64,000 nt of DNA, from the NCBI GenBank assembly GCA_963719225.1, contig CAVRAY010000001.1, positions 800,001-864,000 of the forward strand, in the 5' to 3' direction. Shown piece after piece: positions 18,582 to 28,560 of this stretch. The DNA comes from Thermoanaerobaculia bacterium (GTDB taxonomy: Bacteria > Acidobacteriota > Thermoanaerobaculia > UBA5066). Each line of letters begins with the position of its first letter. The stretch's first letter is position 1. The translations under genes and the position numbers were made by a program. The notes beneath the pieces were generated by a model, which saw only the letters and a program-made list of their open reading frames with translations, had not been told where the DNA came from and made no database searches.

Positions 18582-19232
18582 TCACTCGATGAGGCGCCGC
18601 CGCAATCCCTTGCTTACCGCTTCCGAGCGAGAATGGACGTGCAGCTTCTCGTAGATCGCGCGCACGTGGTCCCGGACCGTGTTGATCGTGACGTCGAGCT
18701 GGTCGCTCGCGGACTGGTAGCTGTGGCCGTCGGCGAGGAGGCGCAAGAGACGGATCTCCTGGGCGGTGAGGAGAGGCTCGGGCCGCGCCGCGCCGGGCGC
18801 CCGTCGGAAACGCCGCACGATGTGGCCGGCGATCTCCGGCGAGAGGGGCGTGCCGCCGAGCCGCGCCTGCCGGACGGCCTCCACGAGCTGCGCGGGAGGC
18901 GTCTTCTTCAGGAGGTACCCGCTCGCCCCGTTGCAGATCGATTCGAAAACCTTCACCTCGTCCTCGTACACGGTGAGCATGAGAACGCGCATCTCCGGGA
19001 ACTTCTCCGTCAGGACGCGCACGCCCTCGACGCCGGACATGCCCGGCAGGTGGATATCGAGAAGCAAGACGTCGCACGGGGCCGCACCTAGCCCGGCGGC
19101 GGCCCGCTCGACCGACGCGTAGAGGCCGACGCACGTCAGCTCGGCCGAGGAGTCGAGAAGGGCTCCCAACCCCTCGCGCGTGAGCCGCTTGTCCTCGACG
19201 AGAGCCACCCGGATGCGATCGCGACCGTTCAT
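18582..19232 (-). CDS. NarL/LuxR family response regulator
   Basis: Receiver domain (VED...LLDIHLPG...GYLLK) and LuxR HTH (TVRDHVRAIYEKL). Confidence 0.93.
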   Translation of the reverse strand: MNGRDRIRVALVEDKRLTREGLGALLDSSAELTCVGLYASVERAAAGLGAAPCDVLLLDIHLPGMSGVEGVRVLTEKFPEMRVLMLTVYEDEVKVFESICNGASGYLLKKTPPAQLVEAVRQARLGGTPLSPEIAGHIVRRFRRAPGAARPEPLLTAQEIRLLRLLADGHSYQSASDQLDVTINTVRDHVRAIYEKLHVHSRSEAVSKGLRRRLIE

Positions 19233-19281
19233 CGTGCCGTCCGGCGGATCCTCCGCTGCCGGGCGCCTCGACACAACCGCA

Positions 19282-22200
19282 TCACGATGCGGCACGAACG
19301 GGCGCGCGGAGGGGGACGACGAGAGTGATGCGCGTGCCGCCCGCCGGCTGCGAGTCCACGCGGAGGTCCGCGCCGAGGGCGGCGGCGCGCGCGCGCATGC
19401 TCGCGAGCCCGTGGCCGGAGCCCGACGCCTCGGCCCCGACGTCGAAGCCCTTCCCGTCGTCCTCGACGTCGATCGAGATCGCGTGGAGGACGAGCAGGAC
19501 CCGCAGGGACGCACGGGTGCAGCGGGAATGACGCGCGACGTTCGTCACCGCTTCCTTCAGAATGAGGAAGACCTGCCTCCGGCGTTCCGGATCGATCGCG
19601 AGCCCGCCGACCCCGTCCGGGACCTCGAGCGTCCACGCGATGCCCCTGCTCTCGAGGGCGTTCGCGGCGAAGTGGCGGATCCGCTGGACGACGCTTCCGA
19701 GGTCGTCCTTCCCCGGATTCGTGGACCAGACGATGTCGCTGAGGGTGTCGACGAGGCGGCGCGCCGAGGAGCCGATCTCCCCCAGCAGCCGTGTCCGCTC
19801 GAGGGCGTCCCGGCTCGCCGCGAGCTCGCTCAGGATCGCGATCTCCGAGAGGTCGGCGCCGATGTCGTCGTGCAGGTCCGTCGCGACGCGCATGCGGACG
19901 CGCTCGACTGCGAGGGCGCTTCGGAGCCGGTTGCGATGAACCGCGTAGGCGAGCGAGGCCACGGCGACCGCGAGGAAGAGGAGAACGACCGGCCTCTTCC
20001 AGAGGGGCGGGAGCATCGCGAAGCGCACCTCGGCGGCGCTCGTCCCGACCGTGCCGTCGTTCGCGATCGCGCGGACGCGGAACCGGTATGTGCCGCCGGG
20101 CAGCCGCGCGAGAACGACGGAGCGCTGATCCGAGGGCGCGCTCCAGTCGCGGTCGACACCCTCCAGGCGGTGCTGGTAGCGCAGCTTCCCGCCCGCTGCG
20201 AAGTCGATGCCGCCGAAGTCGATCTCGAGCGGCGCGGCTTCGCGACCCGCGTCCAGGAGCGACACGAGGGTCCCGCCGAGCGGCGACAGCGGCTGCCGGA
20301 CGCCGTCCAGCGTAACGCGCGTGATGCGCAGCGTCGGGGGATTCTTCCGTGGCTCGCGGGTGGGATCGAGACGGGAGAGTCCCTCCCCGGATCCGAACCA
20401 CAGGTTGCCGTTCCGGTCGTGGAAGGTGGCCTCCACGATTCCGGGAGCGAGTCCGTCGTCGGCCGTGAAGTGCTGGACGTTTCCGGTCGCAGGATCGATC
20501 CGGTCGAGCCCGCGCTCGGTTCCGACGTAGATGCGGCCCCACCGGTCCTCTGCGAGCGACGCGGCGTTCTCGCTCGCGAGACCATACGCGAGGCCGAGCG
20601 TCACGAACCGCGGCTTTGGAGCGGCCGGCGTGTCGACGCGGGCGACGCCCCCCCGGCTCGTCGCGATCCACAGCCGCCCGGCCGCGTCGAGATGAAGCGC
20701 CCGCACCGAACCTCGAGGGAGACCTTCTCTCTCCGTGAAGAGAGTGGTCCGCCCGTCGCGATATCGCGCGAGGCCGCCCCGCTGGAAGCCGATCCAGACC
20801 TCTCCGCTTCCGTCCTCCGCGAACGCCAGCGGCGGCTCCCTGGGAATGCCATCGGCCTCGGTGAAGACCCGGAAGGAGTCCGTACGACGATCCCAGCGCG
20901 CGAGCCAGCCCTCCGTTTCCAGGAGAGAGATCCAAAGGTCGCCCCGGCTGTCCTCGTAGAGACGGAAAACCTGGTTCGAAGGAAGACCCTCGGCCTTCGT
21001 GTACAGGCGGCTCGGCGGAGTCGACACGAGGCGCTCGAAGGGGACCGATGGAAAACGAAACAGGCCGGAGAAGGTCGGCACCCACCACTCTCCGGCCCGG
21101 TCCCTGAGGGTCACCTCCTGCGAGCCCCACCCGTAGGGAGTGCCTTTCGGAAGACGCGGGCGTCCGGCACGGAAGCGCCTGCCGTCGTAGCACGCGAGAA
21201 AGCCATCTGCGCCGGTGAGCTCTTCGGGCCTTTGTCCCCTGGTGAACGCACAGGGCTCGCCGCCCGGGCCCTCGAAAAGGGAGGCCACTCGGTCGCTCGT
21301 CAGTCCGTCCCGGCGGTCATAGCGGCGGAATCCGTTTCGGGCGAGCTTCATGACGCCGGAGTCGTCGCTTCCGATCCAGAGATTCCCATTCCTGTCCTCG
21401 GCGAGCGACCACATACCGAGCCCGGACAGCCCTTCGGTCCCCGTGTATGTGCGAACCGCCGATCGGTCGGCGGCGACCTCGGTGAGGCCGCCGTAGCATG
21501 CCACCCAGATCTTTCCGTCTGAAGTCTCGAGAAGGGCTGTGACGGGTTCACCCGCGAGCCCGTTCGCACGCGTGTAGGCCTGGCGGACCTCGGAACCCTT
21601 CACCTCGAAGAGGCCCTGAAGACGTGTTCCGGCCCAGACGGAGCCTCCGCGGTCTTGAGTCAGACAACGGACCTCCACGAGAGGAGGGCCTGGCCCGATC
21701 ATGTGATCAAGGACCCCCCCGGCCGAACGACGGAACAAGCCCTCATCGGCTCCGATCCAGAGATTGCCCGCACGATCTTCAACGAGGGCGTTGATCGACT
21801 CCGCTCCCGCTGGCGCGTCTTTTCCCACAGGGACGCGCACCGCCTTCCACCCTATTCCGGCCGGGTCGAGGCGAAAAAGCCCGCTTGCGGTCCCCGCCCA
21901 GAGGATGCCCGCGTGGTCCTCGAGCAGGGCCTGCACGTCGTCGCCGTGCCCGTCGTCTCGAAGCGCGATCCGGAGGAAGGCTGCGCGCGATCGAGTCACC
22001 TCGTGGGCCGCGTCCCAGCGCACGAGGCCTCCGGCCGTCCCGATCCAGTACGCCCCATCGCGCGTCTCGATCAGCGTCTGGACACTCCCGGCCGGCAGTC
22101 CCTCCGCGACGGAGTAGTTCTTGAAGCCGTATCCGTCGAAGAGAGAGATGCCGTCCTCGGTGCCCAGCCAGAGGAATCCGCGCGAGTCGGGGAGGATGCA

Positions 22201-22338
22201 GTGGATTCGGTCGCTCGCGAGCCCGTCGGCGGTCGTGTAGGTCTTGAGAGGGAGCTGTTCCCCGGAAGCCGTGAGAGCTGGAAGGACGAGGAGCAGGAAA
22301 AGAGAGCATCGTTGAGCAGAAGCGTTGCGCCCGATCAT
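19282..22338 (-). CDS. Sensor histidine kinase with beta-propeller/Y_Y_Y periplasmic region (HisKA_3)
   Basis: Repeated D-xx-G-x-LW-x-GT blades, Y_Y_Y region, TM helix, DLHDDIG, EAVTNVARHS, DDGKGF and GHGL; start approximate. Confidence 0.9.
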   Translation of the reverse strand: MIGRNASAQRCSLFLLLVLPALTASGEQLPLKTYTTADGLASDRIHCILPDSRGFLWLGTEDGISLFDGYGFKNYSVAEGLPAGSVQTLIETRDGAYWIGTAGGLVRWDAAHEVTRSRAAFLRIALRDDGHGDDVQALLEDHAGILWAGTASGLFRLDPAGIGWKAVRVPVGKDAPAGAESINALVEDRAGNLWIGADEGLFRRSAGGVLDHMIGPGPPLVEVRCLTQDRGGSVWAGTRLQGLFEVKGSEVRQAYTRANGLAGEPVTALLETSDGKIWVACYGGLTEVAADRSAVRTYTGTEGLSGLGMWSLAEDRNGNLWIGSDDSGVMKLARNGFRRYDRRDGLTSDRVASLFEGPGGEPCAFTRGQRPEELTGADGFLACYDGRRFRAGRPRLPKGTPYGWGSQEVTLRDRAGEWWVPTFSGLFRFPSVPFERLVSTPPSRLYTKAEGLPSNQVFRLYEDSRGDLWISLLETEGWLARWDRRTDSFRVFTEADGIPREPPLAFAEDGSGEVWIGFQRGGLARYRDGRTTLFTEREGLPRGSVRALHLDAAGRLWIATSRGGVARVDTPAAPKPRFVTLGLAYGLASENAASLAEDRWGRIYVGTERGLDRIDPATGNVQHFTADDGLAPGIVEATFHDRNGNLWFGSGEGLSRLDPTREPRKNPPTLRITRVTLDGVRQPLSPLGGTLVSLLDAGREAAPLEIDFGGIDFAAGGKLRYQHRLEGVDRDWSAPSDQRSVVLARLPGGTYRFRVRAIANDGTVGTSAAEVRFAMLPPLWKRPVVLLFLAVAVASLAYAVHRNRLRSALAVERVRMRVATDLHDDIGADLSEIAILSELAASRDALERTRLLGEIGSSARRLVDTLSDIVWSTNPGKDDLGSVVQRIRHFAANALESRGIAWTLEVPDGVGGLAIDPERRRQVFLILKEAVTNVARHSRCTRASLRVLLVLHAISIDVEDDGKGFDVGAEASGSGHGLASMRARAAALGADLRVDSQPAGGTRITLVVPLRAPVRAAS

Positions 22339-22361
22339 TCCGGTCACGTCCGTGGAGAGCT

Positions 22362-24200
22362 CTACGGTCCCGCCGGTGCCGCCGGCTTCTCGATCCCGTC
22401 CCCCCGCTTCGCGAGGCCGGGGATCGTGATGGGGAGCCTGCCGCCGATCGCGGATTCGCCGAACAGCGCCTGAGCGACCGCCACCTGCGCGATGTCCTGG
22501 CCGCCCCACGCGCAGATGTACGTTTGAATGTCGGGGAAATCCCGAAGGAGATAGGGGCTTCCGAAGGAGACGACGACGACGGGCTTCCCGAGCGCGAGGA
22601 GCTGCGGGATCGCGGTTTTCCCGGCCTCCGGCACCGCGATCTTTCCCAGCCCCGAGCGCGTCCTCACGAAGAGCGAAACGAGAATCGCATCGGCGTCCTT
22701 CGCGGCCTCGACGGCGGCTTTCGTCTCCTCCGGCGTCGAACGTGGGTCGAGCGTCGCCGTCCTCGCGGACCGGTTCCGCGCCGCAATCTCGGTCCCGAGC
22801 GTTCCCGCGGGGCCGTTCTTCGTCGCCTCGTCCGCTACGACGAGCGAAAACAGCCTCGCGCCTCTCCTGAGCGGGATCGCCTCGGGCTGCTCGCGCACGA
22901 GCGTGAGCGAGCGCCGTGTGACCTCGGCTTCCAGCGCCTGCACGGCCGGCGTATCGACGACTCTCGCGACCGCGCCCACGAAGGGGATGCGCTTGTCGTA
23001 CAGTTTCAGTCTCTTCTTGCAATCGAGGATCCGCGCCACCGACTCGTCGAGGCGTTTCTCGGAGATCCGGCCCGACCGCACCGCCTCGCGGACGCCGGCG
23101 ATGGCGGCGTCCGTGTCGCTCGAGAGGAGAACCTGGTCCGTCCCGGCGAGGATGGCGCGTACGGCAGCCTCGCCGGCCGTGAAGTGGGAGGTGATGCCGC
23201 CCATCCGCATCGCGTCCGTCACGACGAGTCCCGGGAAAGCGAGCTCCTTGCGGAGGATTCCCGTGACGACGGGCTCGGACAGCGACGCGGGCATCGTGCC
23301 CTTCGTCTCGACTTCGACGTTCTCGCCGATGGCGTCGACGGGCTTCGGAGGGTTCGGGAGGGCCGGCGCGGGCGTGTCGTCGAGTCGGGGGATGGAGACG
23401 TGCGCGACCATGACGGACTCGGCACCGGCCTTGATACCGGCCCGGAACGGGACGAGCTCGACGGATTCGAGGCGCGGGCGGTCCGCGCCCACGATGGAGA
23501 GCTGGCGGTGCGTGTCCGTGGCGGTGTCCCCGTGGCCGGGGAAGTGCTTGAGCGTCGCGAGGACGCCGCCGGCCTGAAGGCCCCTCACCGTCGCCTCGAC
23601 GTACCGCGAAACGTCGGCCGGGTCCTCGCCGAAGCTCCTGACGTTGATGACGGGATTGTCGGGATTCACGTTCACGTCGGCCACGGGCGCGAACACCTGC
23701 CCGATGCCGATCGCGCGGGCTTCCCGGGCCGTGGCGAGAGCGCCGCGCTCGGCGAGCGCCGGGTCGCCGGCCGCCGCGATCGCCATCGCCCATGGGCCGT
23801 ACGTCACGTCCTCGAAACGCATTCCGAGGCCGGCCTCGAGGTCGGCCGAGACGAGGAGCGGAACCCTCGCGAGCTCCTGCAGCTTTCCGATGAGGACGGC
23901 AGCCCCGTAGACGTTCGAGCGGGACAGGATGACGCCGCCCACGTGGTTGTCCACGACATGGCGGCGCAGCGTCTGAAAGTCCTTGGATTCCTCGCTCATG
24001 TAGACGCCGGCCGCGGGGACGACGAAGAGCTGCCCGATCTTCTCGTCGAGCGAAAGCGAGATCGGGCGAGGGGCGTCCGGGGTGAGCTGGCCGAAGTCCA
24101 GCGTCACGGGCGGAAACGGGTTGCCTCCCGCGCACGACACGAGGAGCGACCCCGAAGCGAGGACCGAAAGAATGCGGACGGCCTTGAGCATGAGCGTCAC
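22362..24200 (-). CDS. GH3 beta-N-acetylglucosaminidase (NagZ-like), lipoprotein
   Basis: DLEAG, APVADV, RSFGED, KHFPGHG and TDAM; lipobox LLVSC; GTG 24200 overlaps the lysA stop (ATG 24191 is an alternative). Confidence 0.9.
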   Translation of the reverse strand: MTLMLKAVRILSVLASGSLLVSCAGGNPFPPVTLDFGQLTPDAPRPISLSLDEKIGQLFVVPAAGVYMSEESKDFQTLRRHVVDNHVGGVILSRSNVYGAAVLIGKLQELARVPLLVSADLEAGLGMRFEDVTYGPWAMAIAAAGDPALAERGALATAREARAIGIGQVFAPVADVNVNPDNPVINVRSFGEDPADVSRYVEATVRGLQAGGVLATLKHFPGHGDTATDTHRQLSIVGADRPRLESVELVPFRAGIKAGAESVMVAHVSIPRLDDTPAPALPNPPKPVDAIGENVEVETKGTMPASLSEPVVTGILRKELAFPGLVVTDAMRMGGITSHFTAGEAAVRAILAGTDQVLLSSDTDAAIAGVREAVRSGRISEKRLDESVARILDCKKRLKLYDKRIPFVGAVARVVDTPAVQALEAEVTRRSLTLVREQPEAIPLRRGARLFSLVVADEATKNGPAGTLGTEIAARNRSARTATLDPRSTPEETKAAVEAAKDADAILVSLFVRTRSGLGKIAVPEAGKTAIPQLLALGKPVVVVSFGSPYLLRDFPDIQTYICAWGGQDIAQVAVAQALFGESAIGGRLPITIPGLAKRGDGIEKPAAPAGP

Positions 24201-25507
24201 CTCTCGGGGAGACCGATCTCGTCCCGGAAAAGATCCTCGAACGTCCCCCGGCGGCGAATGAGCGTGGCGTCGTCGCCGTCCACGAGGACCTCCGGCGGAA
24301 GCGGCCGCGCGTTGTAGGTCGACGCCATCGAGAAGCCGTAGGCGCCGGCGTCGAGGAAGACGACGAAATCGCCGGTTTGGGGCCGCGGGAGGAAGCGCTC
24401 GGCGGCGAGGATGTCTCCGGTCTCGCAGACGTCGCCCGCGATGTCGAGGGTCTCGGGCGTCCCTCGGCGGCCGACGACGCGCGCGCGATGGTGCGCTGCG
24501 TACATGGCCGGGCGGAGGAGCGTGTTCGAGCCCGCGTTCACGTTCGCGAAGACCTTGAGCGGAGTCTCCTTCACCGAGTTCACGCGTGTCACGAGGAAGC
24601 CCGCGGGCCCCACGAAGAACCGGCCGGGCTCCATCCACAGCTCGGGCTCGTACCCGGCGTTCGCGGTGAATTTCTTCCAGAGGGGCTCGAGCGCGGACGC
24701 CAGCGCCTCGGGAGTGACACCTTTTTCGCCGTCGTGATACGGCACGCCCAGCCCGCCGCCGAGATTCACGAAGGAAACGCGGATCCCGGGGTCTTTCTCC
24801 AGCTCTTCGACGAAGGAGAGCATCTTCCGGGCGGTCAGGACGTACCCGTCGATCTCGGTGATCTGCGATCCGATGTGGCAATGCACGCCCACGATCCGGA
24901 TCGCGGGAAGCTCCTTCGCCCGCGCGTACCCCGCCCGGGCGAGGCCTCCCTCGAGGTGAAGGCCGAATTTGGACTCGGCGATGCCGGTGTTGATCTGATG
25001 GAGCGTGTGAGGATCCACGCCGGGATTGATCCGGAACGAGATCCTCGCCGTCAGACTCGCGGCCTCCGCGTGCGCGGCGACCTGTTCCAGCTCGTCGCGC
25101 GAGTCGACGTTCACGACGGCGCCGATCGCGACGGCCTTCGCGATCTCCTCGAGCCCCTTCGACGAGCTCGTGAAGAGGATCTCGTCGCCGCGATATCCGG
25201 CTTTCAGCGCCGCGAGGATCTCGCCGAGCGAGACGACCTCCGCGGCGGCGCCTTCCGACCGGAGGAGAGACACGAGAGCACCATTCGTGTTCGCCTTGAG
25301 GGCGTAGTGGATACGGAGCTTCGAAAAGCGGCGCCCAAATGCCGCCCGAAACGCCTGAAACTGACCCGTGATCGTCGCCTTGTCGTAGACGTAGAGAGGG
25401 GTGCCGAACGCGGACGCGAGACGCGCGACGGCGCCGACGGCGGCCGGCTCGGACGCGCGGTCAGCGCGCAGAGCCTCGAGGCCCTCGTGGAGCGTCGGTG
25501 CCGGCAT
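24197..25507 (-). CDS. lysA: Diaminopimelate decarboxylase
   Basis: GTPLYVYD, YALKAN (PLP Lys), SKFG, HIGSQ, EPGR, CETGD and GAYG. Confidence 0.93.
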   Translation of the reverse strand: MPAPTLHEGLEALRADRASEPAAVGAVARLASAFGTPLYVYDKATITGQFQAFRAAFGRRFSKLRIHYALKANTNGALVSLLRSEGAAAEVVSLGEILAALKAGYRGDEILFTSSSKGLEEIAKAVAIGAVVNVDSRDELEQVAAHAEAASLTARISFRINPGVDPHTLHQINTGIAESKFGLHLEGGLARAGYARAKELPAIRIVGVHCHIGSQITEIDGYVLTARKMLSFVEELEKDPGIRVSFVNLGGGLGVPYHDGEKGVTPEALASALEPLWKKFTANAGYEPELWMEPGRFFVGPAGFLVTRVNSVKETPLKVFANVNAGSNTLLRPAMYAAHHRARVVGRRGTPETLDIAGDVCETGDILAAERFLPRPQTGDFVVFLDAGAYGFSMASTYNARPLPPEVLVDGDDATLIRRRGTFEDLFRDEIGLPER

Positions 25508-25555
25508 GAGGCCGCGATTCTGCCAGCTTCGAGGCTTCGCGGTACGATGGTGGAG

Positions 25556-25909
25556 ATGCACGTCGAAGTCCGCAAGACGAAGGACGTCGTGATCGTCGAC
25601 CTCCAGGGCCGCCTCCTCGCGGGGGTCGGCGACGAGATCCTGAGGGGCGTCGTGAACGAGCTTCTCGCCGAGGGCTGGAAGAAGATTCTGCTCAATCTCT
25701 CCGAGGTGACCTCGATCGACAGCGCGGGAACGGGCGAGCTCGTGGCGAGCCACAAGATCTGCGAGCGGTTCGGGGCGAAGCTGAAGCTCCTGAACCTGCA
25801 CGAGCGCGTCCGCAAGAGCCTCCATCTTTCCCAGCTCCTTCCGGTCTTCGAGGTCTACGACGAAGAACGCGTTGCCCTTCGACACTACGAGGAGAAGAAG
25901 GCCCCCTGA
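25556..25909 (+). CDS. STAS-domain anti-sigma factor antagonist
   Basis: ILLNLSEVTSIDSAGTGEL with the phospho-Ser motif; alternative ATG at 25547. Confidence 0.9.
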   Translation: MHVEVRKTKDVVIVDLQGRLLAGVGDEILRGVVNELLAEGWKKILLNLSEVTSIDSAGTGELVASHKICERFGAKLKLLNLHERVRKSLHLSQLLPVFEVYDEERVALRHYEEKKAP

Positions 25910-25931
25910 TCCCGGGCCTTTCGGGAGGGCC

Positions 25932-28517
25932 GTGCCTTCGTCTTTCGCCCGATTCGCCGCTCTCGGCTTCGCGCTCGTCTCCTCGGGCTCGGCGGCGCAG
26001 GGGCTCCCGTGGTCGCGGATCGCTCTCGAGAGGGTCGCGTCGGGCTTCACGAACCCCGTCCACGTCACGCACGCGAACGACGGCAGCGCGCGGCTGTTCG
26101 TCGTGGAGCAGCGGGGACGCGTGCGGATCCTCAAGGACGGCGCGATCCTTCCGACGCCCTTTCTCGACATCTCCTCGCGCGTGAGCTTCGGCTCGGAGCG
26201 CGGCCTCCTCTCGATCGCGTTTCCTCCCGGCCGCGGCAGGAAGAGCGAGTTCTATGCGGACTACACCGACGTCAGGGGCGACACGGTTATCTCGCGCTTC
26301 ACGGTGTCCGGCGATCCGAACGTCGCGGACGCGACATCCGAACAGATTCTCCTCAGCATTGCCCAGCCCTTTGCGAACCACAACGGCGGGCAGCTCGTGT
26401 TCGGGCCGGACGGCTACCTTTACGTCGGCATGGGCGACGGCGGGGACGCGGGCGACCCCAACAACAACGCGCAGAATCTCGGGAGTCTTCTCGGAAAGAT
26501 TCTTCGAATAGATGTGCGGGGCGCGGCTTCGCCATACGGTATTCCGCCCGACAACCCTTTCGCAGGATCTTCCTCTTCGCGTCCCGAGATCTGGGCGTAT
26601 GGGCTGCGAAACCCCTGGCGTTTCTCGTTCGACCGCAAGACGAACGTGCTCTACATCGCCGACGTCGGTCAGGGGGCGTGGGAAGAGGTGGATGTGCAGC
26701 CCGCGGAGAGCACCGGTGGCGAGAACTACGGCTGGCGGCTCACGGAAGGGAACCACTGCTTCACCCCTTCCACCGGCTGCCCGACCGCCGGCATCACGTT
26801 CCCCGTCGCCGAGCACTCGCACGCGGGCGGGAACTGCTCGGTGACGGGCGGCTTCGCCTATCGAGGCCGCGATTTCGACGCCCTGACGGGAATCTACTTC
26901 TACGGCGACTACTGCAGCGGGCGGATCTGGGGCCTTCGCCGCACGGACACCGGGTGGGACGACATCGAGCTCCTGAAGCCCGGCTTCGCGATCTCCACGT
27001 TCGGCGAGGACGAAGCGGGCGAGATCTACGTCGCCGACTACACGGGAGGCGTGATCCATCGCCTGACCGACGCGGACGGAAAGAGCGCGGTGCGGCTCGT
27101 GCCCGTGGTCGTCGACGTCATCGGTCGCACCGGGGCGCGCTTCGTTTCGGAGCTGACGCTGGGAAACCGCGGCACGACGGCCGCTTCGGTCGACCTGACG
27201 TTCACCGCCGCGACGTCGCTGGCGAGCTCGGGAAGCGGCACGGTGACGGAGACGGTGCCCCCGGGACGCCAGCTCGTCTTCGCCGACACCCTCGAATACC
27301 TTCGCGGAAAGAACCTGACGATTCCGGCCGGAAACCAGGGCGGTACGCTTCGCCTCGTCTTCAGGGGGATCTCGTCCGGCGACGCCGCCTTCGCTTCGGT
27401 GCGGACACAGGCCGTGCTGCCCGAGGGCCGCGCGGGCCTCGCGTATCCGGCCCTCTCTCCCGCTGAGACCGCGGAGAAGGGTATCTCGCTCTTCGGACTG
27501 CGCGAGGACGCCGCGTTCCGGAGCAACCTCGCGCTCGTGAACGCCGGCGATCCGGCCGCGAAGACGAGCGTGCTCCTGCAGGTCACGCTCACGAGCGGCG
27601 ACCCGGGTGACGGGCGGCGCTTCGCCCTGGCGCCCGTCAGCCTCCAGGCCGGACAGTGGATGCAGCTCAACCAGGTCCTGCAGCTGGCGGGCATGACGAA
27701 CGGGTGGGCGACCGTCGAGCGCGTGGGAGGCGTCGATCCCTTCTACGCGTACGCCGTCGTCAACGACAACGTCACCGACGACGGCGCGTTCGTCTCGCCC
27801 GTGGCCGCCGGACGGAGATCGGATCGACAGATGCTGCCCGTCGCGGTGGGGACGGGCAGTTTCGTGACCGAGCTCGCGCTGACGAATCCGGGCACCGACG
27901 CGATCAAGTTGACATTCAGGGAGGCAAACGCCAACAAAGACGTCGTCCTACAGCCGCGAGAGCAGCGATTCATTCCCGACGTGCTCTCATTTCTCGGGCT
28001 TGCCTCGTCGGCGACGCCGCTGGAGATTTCTTCGAATGGAGGGGCGACGGCGTTCCATGCGAGCGCGCGCACGTTTTCGTCCGCGCCCGGAGGCGGGACG
28101 TTCGGCGTCGCATACGCCGCGATACCACCGCCTGATGCGGCCTTGTCGGAAGGCTGGGTCTACGGCCTCAAGCAGAACGGGTCTACGCGTTCGAACCTCG
28201 CGCTTGCGACGGCCGATCCGCCTTTTGGCGGGCCCGGGGGCGCGCAATCCCCCTGGTCCCTTTCATTGGATTTCTTCGACGGCGAAACCGGAAACCTGGC
28301 GGGAACACGCGTTGTGTCCCTGATTCGGTCGTTTCCCGACTGGATACAGTTGAATTCCGCGCTTTCTGCGTTCGGCATCCGAAACGGTTATGTTCGCGTG
28401 CGTGCCCCCGCGGGCAACCTCGATCCGTTCATCGTCTACGGCGTCGTGAACGACGGCGCGGTGCCGGGGCAGGGCACGGGAGACGGCAGCTACATGGCGA
28501 TGACGTCGGTCCCCTGA
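25932..28517 (+). CDS. PQQ-dependent sugar dehydrogenase (GSDH propeller) with two tandem uncharacterised C-terminal repeats
   Basis: ERGLL, NHNGG, GDGG, GLRNPWR, DVGQ and SFG-like TFGED; GTG 25932 follows GGGAGG. Confidence 0.88.
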   Translation: MPSSFARFAALGFALVSSGSAAQGLPWSRIALERVASGFTNPVHVTHANDGSARLFVVEQRGRVRILKDGAILPTPFLDISSRVSFGSERGLLSIAFPPGRGRKSEFYADYTDVRGDTVISRFTVSGDPNVADATSEQILLSIAQPFANHNGGQLVFGPDGYLYVGMGDGGDAGDPNNNAQNLGSLLGKILRIDVRGAASPYGIPPDNPFAGSSSSRPEIWAYGLRNPWRFSFDRKTNVLYIADVGQGAWEEVDVQPAESTGGENYGWRLTEGNHCFTPSTGCPTAGITFPVAEHSHAGGNCSVTGGFAYRGRDFDALTGIYFYGDYCSGRIWGLRRTDTGWDDIELLKPGFAISTFGEDEAGEIYVADYTGGVIHRLTDADGKSAVRLVPVVVDVIGRTGARFVSELTLGNRGTTAASVDLTFTAATSLASSGSGTVTETVPPGRQLVFADTLEYLRGKNLTIPAGNQGGTLRLVFRGISSGDAAFASVRTQAVLPEGRAGLAYPALSPAETAEKGISLFGLREDAAFRSNLALVNAGDPAAKTSVLLQVTLTSGDPGDGRRFALAPVSLQAGQWMQLNQVLQLAGMTNGWATVERVGGVDPFYAYAVVNDNVTDDGAFVSPVAAGRRSDRQMLPVAVGTGSFVTELALTNPGTDAIKLTFREANANKDVVLQPREQRFIPDVLSFLGLASSATPLEISSNGGATAFHASARTFSSAPGGGTFGVAYAAIPPPDAALSEGWVYGLKQNGSTRSNLALATADPPFGGPGGAQSPWSLSLDFFDGETGNLAGTRVVSLIRSFPDWIQLNSALSAFGIRNGYVRVRAPAGNLDPFIVYGVVNDGAVPGQGTGDGSYMAMTSVP

Positions 28518-28560
28518 AGCTACCGGCCCGCGGCACGCGGTCTGCTAACGTGACGACGAC

